DNA of 64,000 nucleotides from a virus. The translations under genes were made by a program, and so were the position numbers. The notes under the pieces are model-generated. The model saw only the letters and a program-made list of their open reading frames with translations, had not been told where the DNA came from and searched no databases. Location of the stretch: positions 1 to 64,000 of the IMG/VR virus record IMGVR_UViG_3300026116_000002. One strand, 5' to 3'. Positions within the stretch are counted from its first letter, which is position 1. Each line of letters starts with the position of its first letter. Below are positions 45,191-56,332 of this stretch, one piece after another.

Positions 45191-45967
45191 ATGGGATTGT
45201 TTGGCGGATTATTCGGTGGATCGCCCACCTTAAATACCGGGTCGACGCAGCCTTATACCTCGGCGCTTAACAGTATTGCCAACAACTTCGGAAGTCAGGG
45301 TAAGGCCGCGCAGGATCAGTACGGTCAGTTCAACACGAACGACACGAACGCCCTGAACGCCCTGTCGAGCTACTACACGACCAACCCGGCAACTCAGCAG
45401 TACAACGCGGAGCAGACCGCCAATGCGTCCGAAGCGGCTCGTGTTGGTGCGGAACGGGCCAAGGCCGGTCTCAGTATGGACCTTGCCAATCGCGGGATCG
45501 ACCCGAACAGCAGTGCAGGTGTCGGGGGGCTGACGGCTATCGCCAATCAGCAGGCGTCGACGAACGCGAACATCCAGGCGCAGCAGGCGCAGGAGAATGA
45601 GCGTCAGCACGCCCAGAACCTTGCCGACAACGCGAACTTGTGGAACGGTGCGGCGAGCACTGCGTTCGGACGCACGAACACCCTGCAAAATCAGCAGGCT
45701 GGACTGGAGCAGCAAGGCTTCTCCAACGCAGATCAGCTTGCCATGCAGCAGTACCAGCAGAAGTTGCAGCAGCAGCAGGCCGAAGAGGGGCTGGCAAGCG
45801 GTTTGTTCAACACAGCGGCGAACATCTTCGCGCCAGGATCAGGGGCAATCCCCGCGCCACGGGCTGCAACGTCCGCATTCCAAACTCCCGCGCCTGCGCC
45901 TACTGTTTCGTCCGTCGCAAACGGCGACCCATGGTCGGCCTACATGAAGCAATACGGTATAGTCTAA
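45191..45967 (+). CDS. Probable DNA ejection/pilot protein
   Basis: MGLFGGLFGG start, Q/N/A-rich helices, LANRGI motif. Confidence 0.65.
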   Translation: MGLFGGLFGGSPTLNTGSTQPYTSALNSIANNFGSQGKAAQDQYGQFNTNDTNALNALSSYYTTNPATQQYNAEQTANASEAARVGAERAKAGLSMDLANRGIDPNSSAGVGGLTAIANQQASTNANIQAQQAQENERQHAQNLADNANLWNGAASTAFGRTNTLQNQQAGLEQQGFSNADQLAMQQYQQKLQQQQAEEGLASGLFNTAANIFAPGSGAIPAPRAATSAFQTPAPAPTVSSVANGDPWSAYMKQYGIV

Positions 45968-45968
45968 T

Positions 45969-48005
45969 ATGTCAGCATCAGCGTTTTACAACCCAACTGG
46001 CACTCCGGGACCGTGGATCGACCCGATGCCGATCTCGGCAGCTAATATGCCGCCAGGGCCGGTAGCGACCTCGCCTACTCCCGCCGCCACGCCTATGCCG
46101 CAAGGCCCGGTGAATGTAAACACGCCGCTGCATGCCGCCGTACGCGCTAATCCCTCGATCACGCCTGCGCAGATTGTCGATCTTCACAGTCAGCTTGTGC
46201 CCAAGGGCGCTCCCCTACTGTCCGCGCAAGGCGCGGCTATCGTCAAGCAGCAGGCGCTTAGTCCATCAGCCGGGGCGAACATCGCGGCCTCGGCTCCGAT
46301 GAGCACAGTTCAGGGACCGTTTAACGCTGGAGGTCCAGCGCCAAACGCCCTCGGGCCGAACATGGCAGCGGCGAACGCCAACAGGCTCGGGACTACTCAG
46401 ACGGCCATTGATGGACCAGCGCCCACGCCTCAACCCGCAGGACCGATGCCCATGACGCCGCCTGCACCGGCAACTGCACCAGCAGCAGCGATTGCGCCTG
46501 TCACGGCAGGAAGTACCCCCGAGGCCGGGAGTTTTACGCAGGCGCAGCCGGTCTCGCCCGCTGCGATCGCGAACGCGAAGCCGCCGTCGACCGCACCGGG
46601 AGCGCAGCCAAGCCATCCGTCATGGCTACAGAGCCTCGGTAACACGCTCGTTAAGGCCGCACCGCTGATCGCAGGGGCCGTCATAGGCGGCAGCAATCCC
46701 GGAGCGGGCGCAGCAGCACTTAACGGCTGGCAACAAGGCACACAGCAGGCTCAGCAGCGTCAGGCGCAGCAGCAGGCCGTGGCCCGCGACACCGCGCAGC
46801 AGACGCTTGAGAACCAGCGGCAGGCCGCACACGACACTGCCGCGACTACGCAGCAGGAGCTTGAGAACCAGCAGAAAGCCGACGAAGATCGTACTGCGTT
46901 CTATGACTCGCTCAAGGGGCTTAGTTCGGCGTCTCAGGAGGAGCGCGTTAAGGCGCTCACTCCCGAAGAGGCAAAGCGCATTGGTGTCGACCCGGCGACG
47001 TTCTACGACAAAGACGGCAAGTTCGTGCCGCAGACCGCGCAGGACACCGCCAAGGGACTTCACGCCATCTTTAGCACGTTCAAGACCGTCAAGGACGCCT
47101 ACGACTACGGGCTTGCAAGCGGACTGACCGCCGACACGAACCCGGATATGGCCGTGCTCGCCTCAAAGCTCGGAAGCGCCGATGCCGACCCGAACGAAAT
47201 CAACCCGTTCTGGAATAAGCAGCAGACCGGCAACAATGCCGCCAACAACGACATCAAGGCCGATACAGCAGAGATTGCCGCTAGACGTGCGTTTTCTCAG
47301 TTTGCCGATCAGCAGAGTATCCTCGACAAGTACAAGGATGACCCGGAAGGCTTCAAGGCCGAATACCACTTCGACAAGCCGGATCAACCTCTCAAGAAGG
47401 AAAGCGACGTACTGCACGAGCAGGGGCTAACCGAGACAGCGCGGCACCACGGCGTTAATGAGCAGCAGGGCAATCGCAGGCTTACGCTAGGTGAAGCCGC
47501 GTTAAAGGTCAAGGCCAGTCACGACAAAGCAATGGAGCTTATCGGGCAGTCAAACGCTCGGTCCCATGCGATTAGTGCCAACGCAGGACAGGCCCGTGCT
47601 GACAACCAGAAGATTTACGAAGCGTGGAAGATGAACGGCGGGGCAACGGCAGATCAGAAGTCGAAGTCGATGTACAATAGCCCATGGGGCACTGTCTTTG
47701 ACAAGGCGCAGAACGCCCTCGACGCGGCAAACAATAAGCTTCAAGCTTGGAAGGATCAGCAGGCGCTCCTGAAGTTGCCAACGACTAATCCGCCAGCGGC
47801 TCTTGTTGATCCAGTCGTGAGACTCAACGCGCAAGTACAGCGCATGAATACCACCAAGCCCCCGAGCGTGCGATCCCAAGCGTATGCCGGAAAACAAGTC
47901 TACAAACCGAGCGACATGAAGACGATCGGCGGCGTCACTCAGTCAATAGCCGCGTGGCGTCAGTACTATAGGGATAATCGACCAGGGCAAAAGCTACCTT
48001 TCTAA
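45969..48005 (+). CDS. Probable internal virion/ejection protein
   Basis: Pro/Ala-rich N-terminus, Gly-rich hydrophobic segment, Q-rich coiled coil. Confidence 0.6.
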   Translation: MSASAFYNPTGTPGPWIDPMPISAANMPPGPVATSPTPAATPMPQGPVNVNTPLHAAVRANPSITPAQIVDLHSQLVPKGAPLLSAQGAAIVKQQALSPSAGANIAASAPMSTVQGPFNAGGPAPNALGPNMAAANANRLGTTQTAIDGPAPTPQPAGPMPMTPPAPATAPAAAIAPVTAGSTPEAGSFTQAQPVSPAAIANAKPPSTAPGAQPSHPSWLQSLGNTLVKAAPLIAGAVIGGSNPGAGAAALNGWQQGTQQAQQRQAQQQAVARDTAQQTLENQRQAAHDTAATTQQELENQQKADEDRTAFYDSLKGLSSASQEERVKALTPEEAKRIGVDPATFYDKDGKFVPQTAQDTAKGLHAIFSTFKTVKDAYDYGLASGLTADTNPDMAVLASKLGSADADPNEINPFWNKQQTGNNAANNDIKADTAEIAARRAFSQFADQQSILDKYKDDPEGFKAEYHFDKPDQPLKKESDVLHEQGLTETARHHGVNEQQGNRRLTLGEAALKVKASHDKAMELIGQSNARSHAISANAGQARADNQKIYEAWKMNGGATADQKSKSMYNSPWGTVFDKAQNALDAANNKLQAWKDQQALLKLPTTNPPAALVDPVVRLNAQVQRMNTTKPPSVRSQAYAGKQVYKPSDMKTIGGVTQSIAAWRQYYRDNRPGQKLPF

Positions 48006-48008
48006 AAC

Positions 48009-51000
48009 ATGCCAGCAACAATGCCATCCCCGGACGAAGTAGCAGCAGCGTTTGCTTCGTCCGGTTATTCTCCAGCCCCGACAACACCTGCGCCTGCACC
48101 TGTTGACAACCCCTCAACGCCTACCCCAAAGATGCCTTCGCCCGACGAGGTTGCAGCCGCGTTCTCGTCTTCGGGAATGAAGCCTGCGCCGACGCCGACA
48201 GGGCTTGGCGGTTCCATCGCACAGGCCGCAGAGTCGTTTCAGCCTAAGCGCACGGACTATAGCGGGTATTGCGAGCGACTGACTGCGGACACCGTGCAGC
48301 ATGCCACCGGCTCCGATGTTATCCACGGCGTCAATCTCAGGCAGAACGCGATAGACACGCTACGTCAGGCACAGCGCAACGGCGTTGGCTTCAAGTACAC
48401 TCCTGGCACTCCGCTACTACCGGGAGACATCGCTTTGTCCAGCCGTATGGGCGGGGGCTTTGGTCACTCTATGGTTGTCGGCGCTGACGGCACTGTGCGT
48501 AGCGACTTAGCTCCCGGCGTCGGGCAGAACAAGATCGATTGGATAATCAGGCCAAGCGCATCGCCAAGCGATATGCCGTCGCCCGACGAAGTAGCCAAAG
48601 CATTTAAGGCCGGTGGTGCTCCTCCCGCCTCTCCAAAGTTACGCCCAGCACCAGTCCCGAGCGCTCATCCCGGCGATGTACCTAACAGCCTGCTAGGTGC
48701 TGACACAGCAGCTCTCGGCGGCTATGACCCGGCCAACCGGTCCTACGATCCACAGAGCGACATCACGACAGTCAAGTTCAAGAGCGGGGCTATTGGGCAG
48801 TACGGTGGGCACGGTATGCAGCGCGTGTCGCTGTCGATACCGCAAGGCACTCCTCCGTCGTCACCTATCTACCAGTACGTGCGACCCCGCGCGGCCCTGA
48901 TTACTCCGCAAAGCAACACCGGGTCAAGTCTTGGCAAAGAATTGCCCATGTCGCCACTGGCAAAGGCGAAGACCGCCATCGAGCGCGGCAACCTGGCGAT
49001 GCAACCTGCCGTTAACGCTGTGGGAGACTTGACGCAAAACATCGTATCCGGGGTAGCAAACGCATCGCTTCAGCCTTATTCGATCGCCGAGCACGCGGCT
49101 GCACAGGGTATCTACAACGCGAAAGCGGCGGCGTCTAAAAACCCTGCGGAAAAACAGGCGCTTCTTGCCAAGGCGAAGCAGCACGCCGACGCTGCCGAGC
49201 AGGCGCGTCAGGCCATGGCTCAGGGCGCGGCTAACCTTTTACCTGCCGGTAACCTTACGCTGCATTCGATGCAGGGCACTGCAACGCCTCAAGACTATGG
49301 CGGGGCGCTCCTAGACTTAGGGCTTATTGCGGCTGGTGGGGCGCACGGACTAAAGATCGGAGAGCCTGTCCCGGAACCACTGCCGCCCGATGTTGCCGAG
49401 GCTCTAAGCAACTCACGAGCGGTTCAGCAGGCAGGGCACACTCAGGTGCGCCCGAGCACGACTGAAGCGACCGCCCCGCGATACACGCCCAAAGCCATCA
49501 CGAACGGCAAACCTGTCGTCCGCGTATCCGCGCCGAGGCCGTTCGTCGCGCCGTCAATCGACGCGATCAAGAGCGAGATCAATGGCGCGGGCGCACCGGA
49601 CATCATGTCGCTCATCGATCAGCACGAGGCCGCGCCTGCCGAGCCTGCTACAGCCGCACCTGCTGAACCTGACGACATTATGTCGCTCATGGATCGACAA
49701 CTTCGACCAGCAGGCCCGACACTGCGCGACCACCCGGAATTGCCACACGACTTGTCTGACCATGTTCCGTCGCCTGCGGCTCAGGCGATAGGTTCAGGGG
49801 CGCTTCCTGCCGAGCCTGCCGCCCCCGTTGCCGAACCTGCTCCGAAGCCGATTGCCCCGCCGCTGACCGAATGGAAGCCGATCGGCAACGATACCTACTC
49901 CGCGCCGGGAGGCTTCCACGTGTCTCCGCAGGAAGGTGGAGGCTACGAGGCATTCGGGCCGCAAGGCAAGATCGGCGGCGATTTCAAGTCTCCTGGCGAG
50001 GCTATCGCGGGCGCTGCCGAGCCAGTGCCGACACCTGACGAGGCCGGTGGAGCGAAGCGAGCTAAGGCGACCTACGACGGCCCGACGAACCTTGACCGCA
50101 TGCCGGAAGAGGCGCGTCAACGGGCGATCGATACAGCCAAAGAGTTCAACCTGAACAAAGGTGATGTGAAGTCGCACGCCGAGACACTTGAGGCGGCGAA
50201 GACTGGCGGGTTGACGCTGGATGATCTACGCGGTGTTGACCGAGGCAAGCGACCTCCCGGCTTCGAGCACGTTCCGACCGAAGACTACGACACTATGGTT
50301 CGCAGGTTGTCGCTGCATTACAACGGCCTCGTACGAGAGGCCGCTGACGCGCACGCCGAAGACCCGACGCCCGAGACGCTGGACGCCTACAAGAAGGCCA
50401 ATCAGGACTACGCACTTGCGCTCGATCACGAGAAGGCGGTCGACACAAGCGCTGGACGCGCCCTGAACTCGCGCCTCATCAACCGCGAGAGCGCCACTGC
50501 CGATCAGGTGAGTCGCATCCTGCAAGATACACCTACGATTAAGGAGGCCGTCGAAGGCAAACCAGAACCTACCGTCGAGCCTCGCAATGCGCAGGGCGAA
50601 GGCCCGAAAGTGCCTGATGTGCCGCGTCCGAAATCGTCGCGGTTCCGTACTGTCACGGATGAGGACTACAACGCGGCGGCGAGCCGCCTCAAGTCCAGCG
50701 TGCAGGGCTTCGGTAAAGCGTTCATCAAGGAAGAGGGCGGCTACTTCGACCCCGAGGCATTCAAAGACAACTTCGAGGATTTGAAGACGTTCGGAGCGTA
50801 CCACATCGAGAAGGGGCTGCGCATGGCGGCAGATGCCACCGGCAAGTGGGCTGACAAGATGCGCGAAGCCATGCCCGGTATCTCGAAGGGGCAGTTGTCG
50901 GCGCTCTACGAGGGGTCGAGAGGATTGATCGCGCAGAAGGCGCAAGAAGCCGCTGACGCGCGAGCGCAGAAGGCTGGTAAGCAGAATGTAGCCGCCACTA

Positions 51001-53597
51001 AAGTTGCGCTCGGGAGTCCACTCAGGCCATTGTTCACGCGTAAGAACTTCGACAAGTTCATCGCGCATATCGACCAAGGGACCGGCACCCACGATATCTT
51101 TGACAAGCTCAACCATGGGCAAGGCCACTTGCTCACGCCCGAACAGAAGGCACTCGTCAACGAGGCGTACCACCTGTACAAGAAAACTACCGGTAAGGGC
51201 GCTGGTAACGCAGCCAGCAAAAGCCTACGCAAGATTATTCAGGACTTGGCCGCATCGAAGACTAAGCCTCAAGTGGCAGGCCCGCCAACAGCCGAACAGG
51301 CTTTACGTACGGCAGTTGGCAACAAACTTGGCGACACGCCGATGTCTAAAGCTGCCGCCGCGAAACAGGCCGCAGGCGAGGGTTTCACAAAAGGTACCGT
51401 CGACTTCGATAAGCGTGTTGAAGCTTTGCAGAATGCGCCTACGAAGACTCAGTTGTTCTACGACCGCATGAGCGCGATCGCTCAAGGCAGGGACATTCTC
51501 GATCGCATGGCGCACGCCGGTGAGCCGGGAGTGAAACCCCTGACGATCGCCGAGGAGCGCTTTGCCGCCGAGCGCTTGCAGGCGCTCAAAGATGCGTCGA
51601 ACCCGAAGATCGCCAACGCGACCGCCGACATGCTCACGACGATGCTGCGTGACGCACGAGCCGGAAAGCTCGGCTACTCCGACCCGATGGAGCATCTGCG
51701 CACAGAGATGCTGAGTAACGTCGACCCAAAGGACAAGGCGGCAGTCGACGAGGTTACGAACAAGCTGGCAGCGCTCAAACCCGACGATATCGTTGGTATG
51801 GCAGAGTTGTGGAACCATTACTCATCGACGCCGGTGTCCAACCTGCTCAACTACGTCATGTCCAACGCACTGTCAGGACCAGGGACCTACGGCAAGATCG
51901 GCATCGCTCACCTCTTGATGCTGACGATGGACGACCTCGCGGAAAGCATAGGGTCACACGTATCCGGTGGTACCCTGCGCCCTGGCGGCATCTCCAAGGC
52001 GATAACCACCGGCAAAGCGGCTCTCCCTGGCGCACTAACAGAAGCTGGCTTAACGCCCTCACAGATTTACCAAGCCGCGCAGCACGTCGCAGGGCAGGCT
52101 CCTAAGCCGCACGGCATCATTCACGAAGGCTCAGTCGTATCAGCCCTCCGTGGACACGATCGATCGCTTGAAGTAGGCGCTCGACTACCTACCGAGTTCA
52201 CGGTAAAGGCTCCTGCGGTTATTCAGAAGTACTTCCCGGATCTTGCCGAAAAGGTCGACAACAGTCGGGCGGCTAAGGGCGTCAACGCGTTCGTACGCCA
52301 GAACCTGCGCAACCACTCCGCGATGTATCACGTGATGCAGTCGTACGCTTTACAGAAGGGACTCGTCAATGAGGCCGAACTTCAAGCCATTCAAGAGGGA
52401 GCGAAACCGGGCAGTACTGAGTTTAAGTCACGCGTTCAAGAGATTTCGAGCGCACCATCTAAGGAACAATTTCAGAAGGCTGTCGACTACGCGAAGCAGC
52501 AGACGATCATTAATGATAACTATTGGAGTGATCTTGCCAAGGCCGCTGCACAGGACGCAGAACGCCGCCATCAGCCGTTCATGAAGGTGTTTCTCAAGCT
52601 CGGCTACAGTTTGTTCAGCAAGGTACCATCGAACATCGTTGGCCGAGCAGTGGAGACCTCGCCCCTTGGGCTGTCGGGCTACTCTCGCGTGATGATCGAC
52701 GGCAAGCCGCACACCGGCAACATCATCAAGAACCAGCTTACGAAACTGAGCGGCGGGACTGTTCCGCCTGAGGTGGCCGCACAGACGGCTCGCGTATTCG
52801 GCAGGGGCGTGATCGGAACGGCTCAGATGCTCGCTTCGGCGTACGCAGTCTACAAGTACCTGTACAATGCCCCCGACAAGGATAAGCACGAGTACGGCAG
52901 TATCAATGCGCCTAACGGCAGAAAGTACGAGACCGGTGGGGTTGCTCCGCTCGGCATTGACCTCAACGTCGGAGCCGCGATCGCGCAGCACATCAAAGAC
53001 GGAAAATCGTTCGACCCGGCTAGCCCTGAAGGGTTGCAGTTCTGGCAGGACATGGCACACAGCGAGGCCAGAGACCTTCCGTACATCAACGCGTCGGAGA
53101 CGGCTCAGAACTTACTCGACGGGAAGCCGAAAGACTTCAACACATTAGCGTCCAACACGGGCGAACTCTTTGTGCCCGCAGGCGTAGCGTTGCACCAGAT
53201 AGCCGCACAGCAGTCACCGTACATGCGGCAGGCTACATCGATACCTGACCGCATGGCGCGAGGTATACCGAGCATCCCCGGAGTACCAACCAAGATCGGT
53301 AACCATGCTATCTCGGCAGCGGGCCTGCCGTTCATGAAGACACCCGGAGGCGAATTGGTTCCGCAGGGCGGCGGCATCTCTCCGATTCGCAACGAGCCGA
53401 GTACGCCGCCAAGTCCGATGGACAGCCTGATATCGCAGTACTACGGGCTACTCGACAAGGCCCGAGACCCGAGCAATTCACCTGCGGCCAAGGCCGCGTA
53501 CGACCATCAGGCCCAGAAGTTACGCCGCGCAGTCCCGGCCATGGACACGATGCTCAAGGCTAACGCTTGGGATCGCTACCGGAGCAACAACCCGTAA
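48009..53597 (+). CDS. Large internal virion/ejection protein with CHAP/NlpC-like domain
   Basis: 1862 aa; YSGYCERL...LPGDIAL...FGHSMVV; MPSPDEVA three times. Confidence 0.7.
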   Translation: MPATMPSPDEVAAAFASSGYSPAPTTPAPAPVDNPSTPTPKMPSPDEVAAAFSSSGMKPAPTPTGLGGSIAQAAESFQPKRTDYSGYCERLTADTVQHATGSDVIHGVNLRQNAIDTLRQAQRNGVGFKYTPGTPLLPGDIALSSRMGGGFGHSMVVGADGTVRSDLAPGVGQNKIDWIIRPSASPSDMPSPDEVAKAFKAGGAPPASPKLRPAPVPSAHPGDVPNSLLGADTAALGGYDPANRSYDPQSDITTVKFKSGAIGQYGGHGMQRVSLSIPQGTPPSSPIYQYVRPRAALITPQSNTGSSLGKELPMSPLAKAKTAIERGNLAMQPAVNAVGDLTQNIVSGVANASLQPYSIAEHAAAQGIYNAKAAASKNPAEKQALLAKAKQHADAAEQARQAMAQGAANLLPAGNLTLHSMQGTATPQDYGGALLDLGLIAAGGAHGLKIGEPVPEPLPPDVAEALSNSRAVQQAGHTQVRPSTTEATAPRYTPKAITNGKPVVRVSAPRPFVAPSIDAIKSEINGAGAPDIMSLIDQHEAAPAEPATAAPAEPDDIMSLMDRQLRPAGPTLRDHPELPHDLSDHVPSPAAQAIGSGALPAEPAAPVAEPAPKPIAPPLTEWKPIGNDTYSAPGGFHVSPQEGGGYEAFGPQGKIGGDFKSPGEAIAGAAEPVPTPDEAGGAKRAKATYDGPTNLDRMPEEARQRAIDTAKEFNLNKGDVKSHAETLEAAKTGGLTLDDLRGVDRGKRPPGFEHVPTEDYDTMVRRLSLHYNGLVREAADAHAEDPTPETLDAYKKANQDYALALDHEKAVDTSAGRALNSRLINRESATADQVSRILQDTPTIKEAVEGKPEPTVEPRNAQGEGPKVPDVPRPKSSRFRTVTDEDYNAAASRLKSSVQGFGKAFIKEEGGYFDPEAFKDNFEDLKTFGAYHIEKGLRMAADATGKWADKMREAMPGISKGQLSALYEGSRGLIAQKAQEAADARAQKAGKQNVAATKVALGSPLRPLFTRKNFDKFIAHIDQGTGTHDIFDKLNHGQGHLLTPEQKALVNEAYHLYKKTTGKGAGNAASKSLRKIIQDLAASKTKPQVAGPPTAEQALRTAVGNKLGDTPMSKAAAAKQAAGEGFTKGTVDFDKRVEALQNAPTKTQLFYDRMSAIAQGRDILDRMAHAGEPGVKPLTIAEERFAAERLQALKDASNPKIANATADMLTTMLRDARAGKLGYSDPMEHLRTEMLSNVDPKDKAAVDEVTNKLAALKPDDIVGMAELWNHYSSTPVSNLLNYVMSNALSGPGTYGKIGIAHLLMLTMDDLAESIGSHVSGGTLRPGGISKAITTGKAALPGALTEAGLTPSQIYQAAQHVAGQAPKPHGIIHEGSVVSALRGHDRSLEVGARLPTEFTVKAPAVIQKYFPDLAEKVDNSRAAKGVNAFVRQNLRNHSAMYHVMQSYALQKGLVNEAELQAIQEGAKPGSTEFKSRVQEISSAPSKEQFQKAVDYAKQQTIINDNYWSDLAKAAAQDAERRHQPFMKVFLKLGYSLFSKVPSNIVGRAVETSPLGLSGYSRVMIDGKPHTGNIIKNQLTKLSGGTVPPEVAAQTARVFGRGVIGTAQMLASAYAVYKYLYNAPDKDKHEYGSINAPNGRKYETGGVAPLGIDLNVGAAIAQHIKDGKSFDPASPEGLQFWQDMAHSEARDLPYINASETAQNLLDGKPKDFNTLASNTGELFVPAGVALHQIAAQQSPYMRQATSIPDRMARGIPSIPGVPTKIGNHAISAAGLPFMKTPGGELVPQGGGISPIRNEPSTPPSPMDSLISQYYGLLDKARDPSNSPAAKAAYDHQAQKLRRAVPAMDTMLKANAWDRYRSNNP

Positions 53598-55165
53598 TGT
53601 CGATCACTCCGCAAAAATCGTTCTTGCCCAAGCAGCCTTCCGCGTCTGCGGGGGCTACCGGCACGTTCGACAACCCAAGCGCCTTGACCGTAAAAGATGG
53701 CCTGGTAGTTAGCGTGACTGCGGGCGCGAGCAACGACCCTTTCAGCGGTGGCGGAAGCGGCGGCTCGTCGTCCAGTGGAATTGAGGTAGCCGGGAGCGTC
53801 AATTCGTTCAGCGGGATCACACTGCTACGATTTTTGGCGGGGATCGTCACGAACCCGCAGAACGGCGAGGCAGACTTTCAGTTCCCAGCAGGTACCAACG
53901 ACATTTCAGGGACTTACCCCGCGATCACTGTGGTCGCAGTGCAGGGCATCTCGTGGGCCGCTGGAACGCCGTCAGACGCCCAGATACCGCTGTACAATAC
54001 CGGACTAGCTCAGTGGACGCATGTCGGCGTCTCTGGCGACTCGACGATCACGAACCTCGGGGCCATGACCAACGTCGCGATACAGGGTCAGCCAATCGCG
54101 GTGACGGCCCCGAGCAGCGGCGACGTACTTCAGTTCATCAGCGGAGCCTGGACACCTTCTTCGGTGACCGGCAGCGGAGCTTCGGTGTACCTTGGCACCG
54201 CTACAGTCGCCTCGCTGACGAACATTGCGCTCACAGGCACCCCGACAGTAGACGGAGTAGGTACCGCCGCAGGATCGGTCATTCATTGCGTTGGGCAGAC
54301 CAATCCCGTCGAAAACGGCCCGTGGACTGTAGTTGGTATCGGTATGGCGTTCACGCGCCCAACCTGGTATCCAACCGGCGCTCACGTATCGTACGGTCGC
54401 TTGATCTTTGTCGACCAGGGCACCTCAATCACCGGTCAGCTTCAGACGACGTGGGAGATGACTACGGGCGGCGGGCCTATCATCGACACGAACGCGACGG
54501 CATGGACGAAGGTTACCGTGTCGCTGCAAGGCGGCGTAGTCGGCATCCTTCCCGGAAGTGGCGGGGGAACAGGGGCATCCAACACCGGAGCGTCCTCTAA
54601 AGTCTTGATCGGGCAAGGCTCCACATTTACAGAGCAAACTGTCAGTGGAGATGGTACGCTATCAAGCGCTGGTGCGCTTGTGGTTACCAAGACTAATGGC
54701 ACCAGTTTCGCAGCTTCGGCGACCACTGATACCACCAACGCCTCCAATATTTCGTCCGGTACCTTAGCTACAGCGAGGCTTGCCGCGACCACTAATTATC
54801 GGTACGTGTCTTTCCAGTTCAACAACGGCGGTTCTACGCTGGCGACAGGGCTTGTGAATACCACGGTGGTACTTGACGGCCCTGCGGCCCTAGTGGCTGT
54901 GTACCTGACCAGTCCTGACTCTACCAGCGGATCGGCAACTGTCGATATACTTAGGGCCAACGCAGCCGTACCAACCTCGGGCAATTCAATAGTCGGAGGC
55001 GGCGGAACTAAACCATCTATCTCTAGTGCGACCTACGGAAAAACTACAAGTTTTACGGGCTGGACGGCCACCACATTCGTCGCGGACGATGTTATATCCT
55101 TGAACCTAACGTCAGTAACGTCGCTCAAGTACTTGACCGCCGAACTAGTATTGCAGGTGACCTAA
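53597..55165 (+). CDS. Tail fibre protein
   Basis: GQTNPVENGPW, GILPGSGGGTG, VSGD repeats, TTNASNISSGTL. Confidence 0.75.
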   Translation: MSITPQKSFLPKQPSASAGATGTFDNPSALTVKDGLVVSVTAGASNDPFSGGGSGGSSSSGIEVAGSVNSFSGITLLRFLAGIVTNPQNGEADFQFPAGTNDISGTYPAITVVAVQGISWAAGTPSDAQIPLYNTGLAQWTHVGVSGDSTITNLGAMTNVAIQGQPIAVTAPSSGDVLQFISGAWTPSSVTGSGASVYLGTATVASLTNIALTGTPTVDGVGTAAGSVIHCVGQTNPVENGPWTVVGIGMAFTRPTWYPTGAHVSYGRLIFVDQGTSITGQLQTTWEMTTGGGPIIDTNATAWTKVTVSLQGGVVGILPGSGGGTGASNTGASSKVLIGQGSTFTEQTVSGDGTLSSAGALVVTKTNGTSFAASATTDTTNASNISSGTLATARLAATTNYRYVSFQFNNGGSTLATGLVNTTVVLDGPAALVAVYLTSPDSTSGSATVDILRANAAVPTSGNSIVGGGGTKPSISSATYGKTTSFTGWTATTFVADDVISLNLTSVTSLKYLTAELVLQVT

Positions 55166-55818
55166 TGGCCTACGCGGTACTGCAAACAAAAACTAATACC
55201 TCGACACTATCAACAACGCTTGCCATCACCATGACTTCGACTGCCGCAGGAAGCGCGATCAAGGTGATGGCCGGTTCAACATCGTCGACTGCGGGAATCA
55301 CCTGCACCGACAACAAAGGCAATACTTACACCGCGCAGAGCACTGGAGGAGCTACCAGTACATTCGGAACCTTGTTTACTTGCTACGGAGCTACATCAGG
55401 TGTCACGACGATCACCTTGACTTACCCTGACACGACAATCCATGCGGCCATGGCGCGAGAGTATAGCGGCGTATCGGCACTAGACCAGAAAGCCGCAGCA
55501 ACTACTACCGGGACAAATCCGACATCGGGGAATACAAGTACTACGTCTCAGGCTAATGAGCTTGTATTCGGGGCGCTCGTCGTCAATAGAAGTCCCGGAC
55601 TGACAGCCCCTACAGTTGGGGCTGGCTTTGGTAACTTTTCGGTGGTGACATCTGGTTCTGCGGCATTCGCCGTAGCGATGGAAGACAAAGCGGTCGCTGT
55701 GACAGGGACTTATGCGGCGGTGTTTGCGGATACAAACTCAACTCAGTACTTCTGCGCTGTTAATGCTGATACGTTAACATCAACGACCGTAGCCAATAAC
55801 AGTGTGATTAGCTTCTAG
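55165..55818 (+). CDS. Thr-rich tail-associated beta protein
   Basis: TDNKGNTYT...REYSGV...TTSQANELVFG. Confidence 0.7.
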   Translation: MAYAVLQTKTNTSTLSTTLAITMTSTAAGSAIKVMAGSTSSTAGITCTDNKGNTYTAQSTGGATSTFGTLFTCYGATSGVTTITLTYPDTTIHAAMAREYSGVSALDQKAAATTTGTNPTSGNTSTTSQANELVFGALVVNRSPGLTAPTVGAGFGNFSVVTSGSAAFAVAMEDKAVAVTGTYAAVFADTNSTQYFCAVNADTLTSTTVANNSVISF

Positions 55819-55826
55819 GAGTTATA

Positions 55827-56129
55827 ATGATAATACCGTTAGAACCAGTGCCAACGAACTTCGGAGACACTTGCACGATCGGAGCCTACAAGCAGTTGTC
55901 GTGGTCGAGGAATGTGGACGGAACTATCACAGTTCAGCTTGACGCCTTTACCGATCAAAAGTCTGCGCTTGACGGAAGCCGCTCAGTGCCGGATTGCGGA
56001 GGAAGCTTAACGCTGGACCCGACACAATTGCCACAGCTTGCGCAGGCCATAGCTGCTGTTGACTCGATCATAGCAGGTATGAGCGGGCCATGGGGCGGTG
56101 GCAAGGTGGTGTCCGATCAGTCTCAGTGA
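55827..56129 (+). CDS. Hypothetical protein (possible tail-fibre chaperone)
   Basis: AGGAG RBS; position. Confidence 0.5.
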   Translation: MIIPLEPVPTNFGDTCTIGAYKQLSWSRNVDGTITVQLDAFTDQKSALDGSRSVPDCGGSLTLDPTQLPQLAQAIAAVDSIIAGMSGPWGGGKVVSDQSQ

Positions 56130-56332
56130 AAATGAATAACATTGCCACGAGCGTCTGTGATCGTCTGCATACACGCAGGCAAACTGTGGTTTTGATAAAC
56201 CACTTTTGGCCCGATCGGATGGTAATTACCGACAAACGCCGGGAAAGCCACTAAGCAAAACACGAACGCCGTGGCAGTGATTGCTATCAAGGTTTTAAGT
56301 TTCATAGTCAAGCATACCCATGGAGGTATAGA

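Noticed and set aside
48009-53597. Tape measure protein
   Set aside because: No tail tube, sheath or chaperone genes nearby; context and composition fit ejection proteins.
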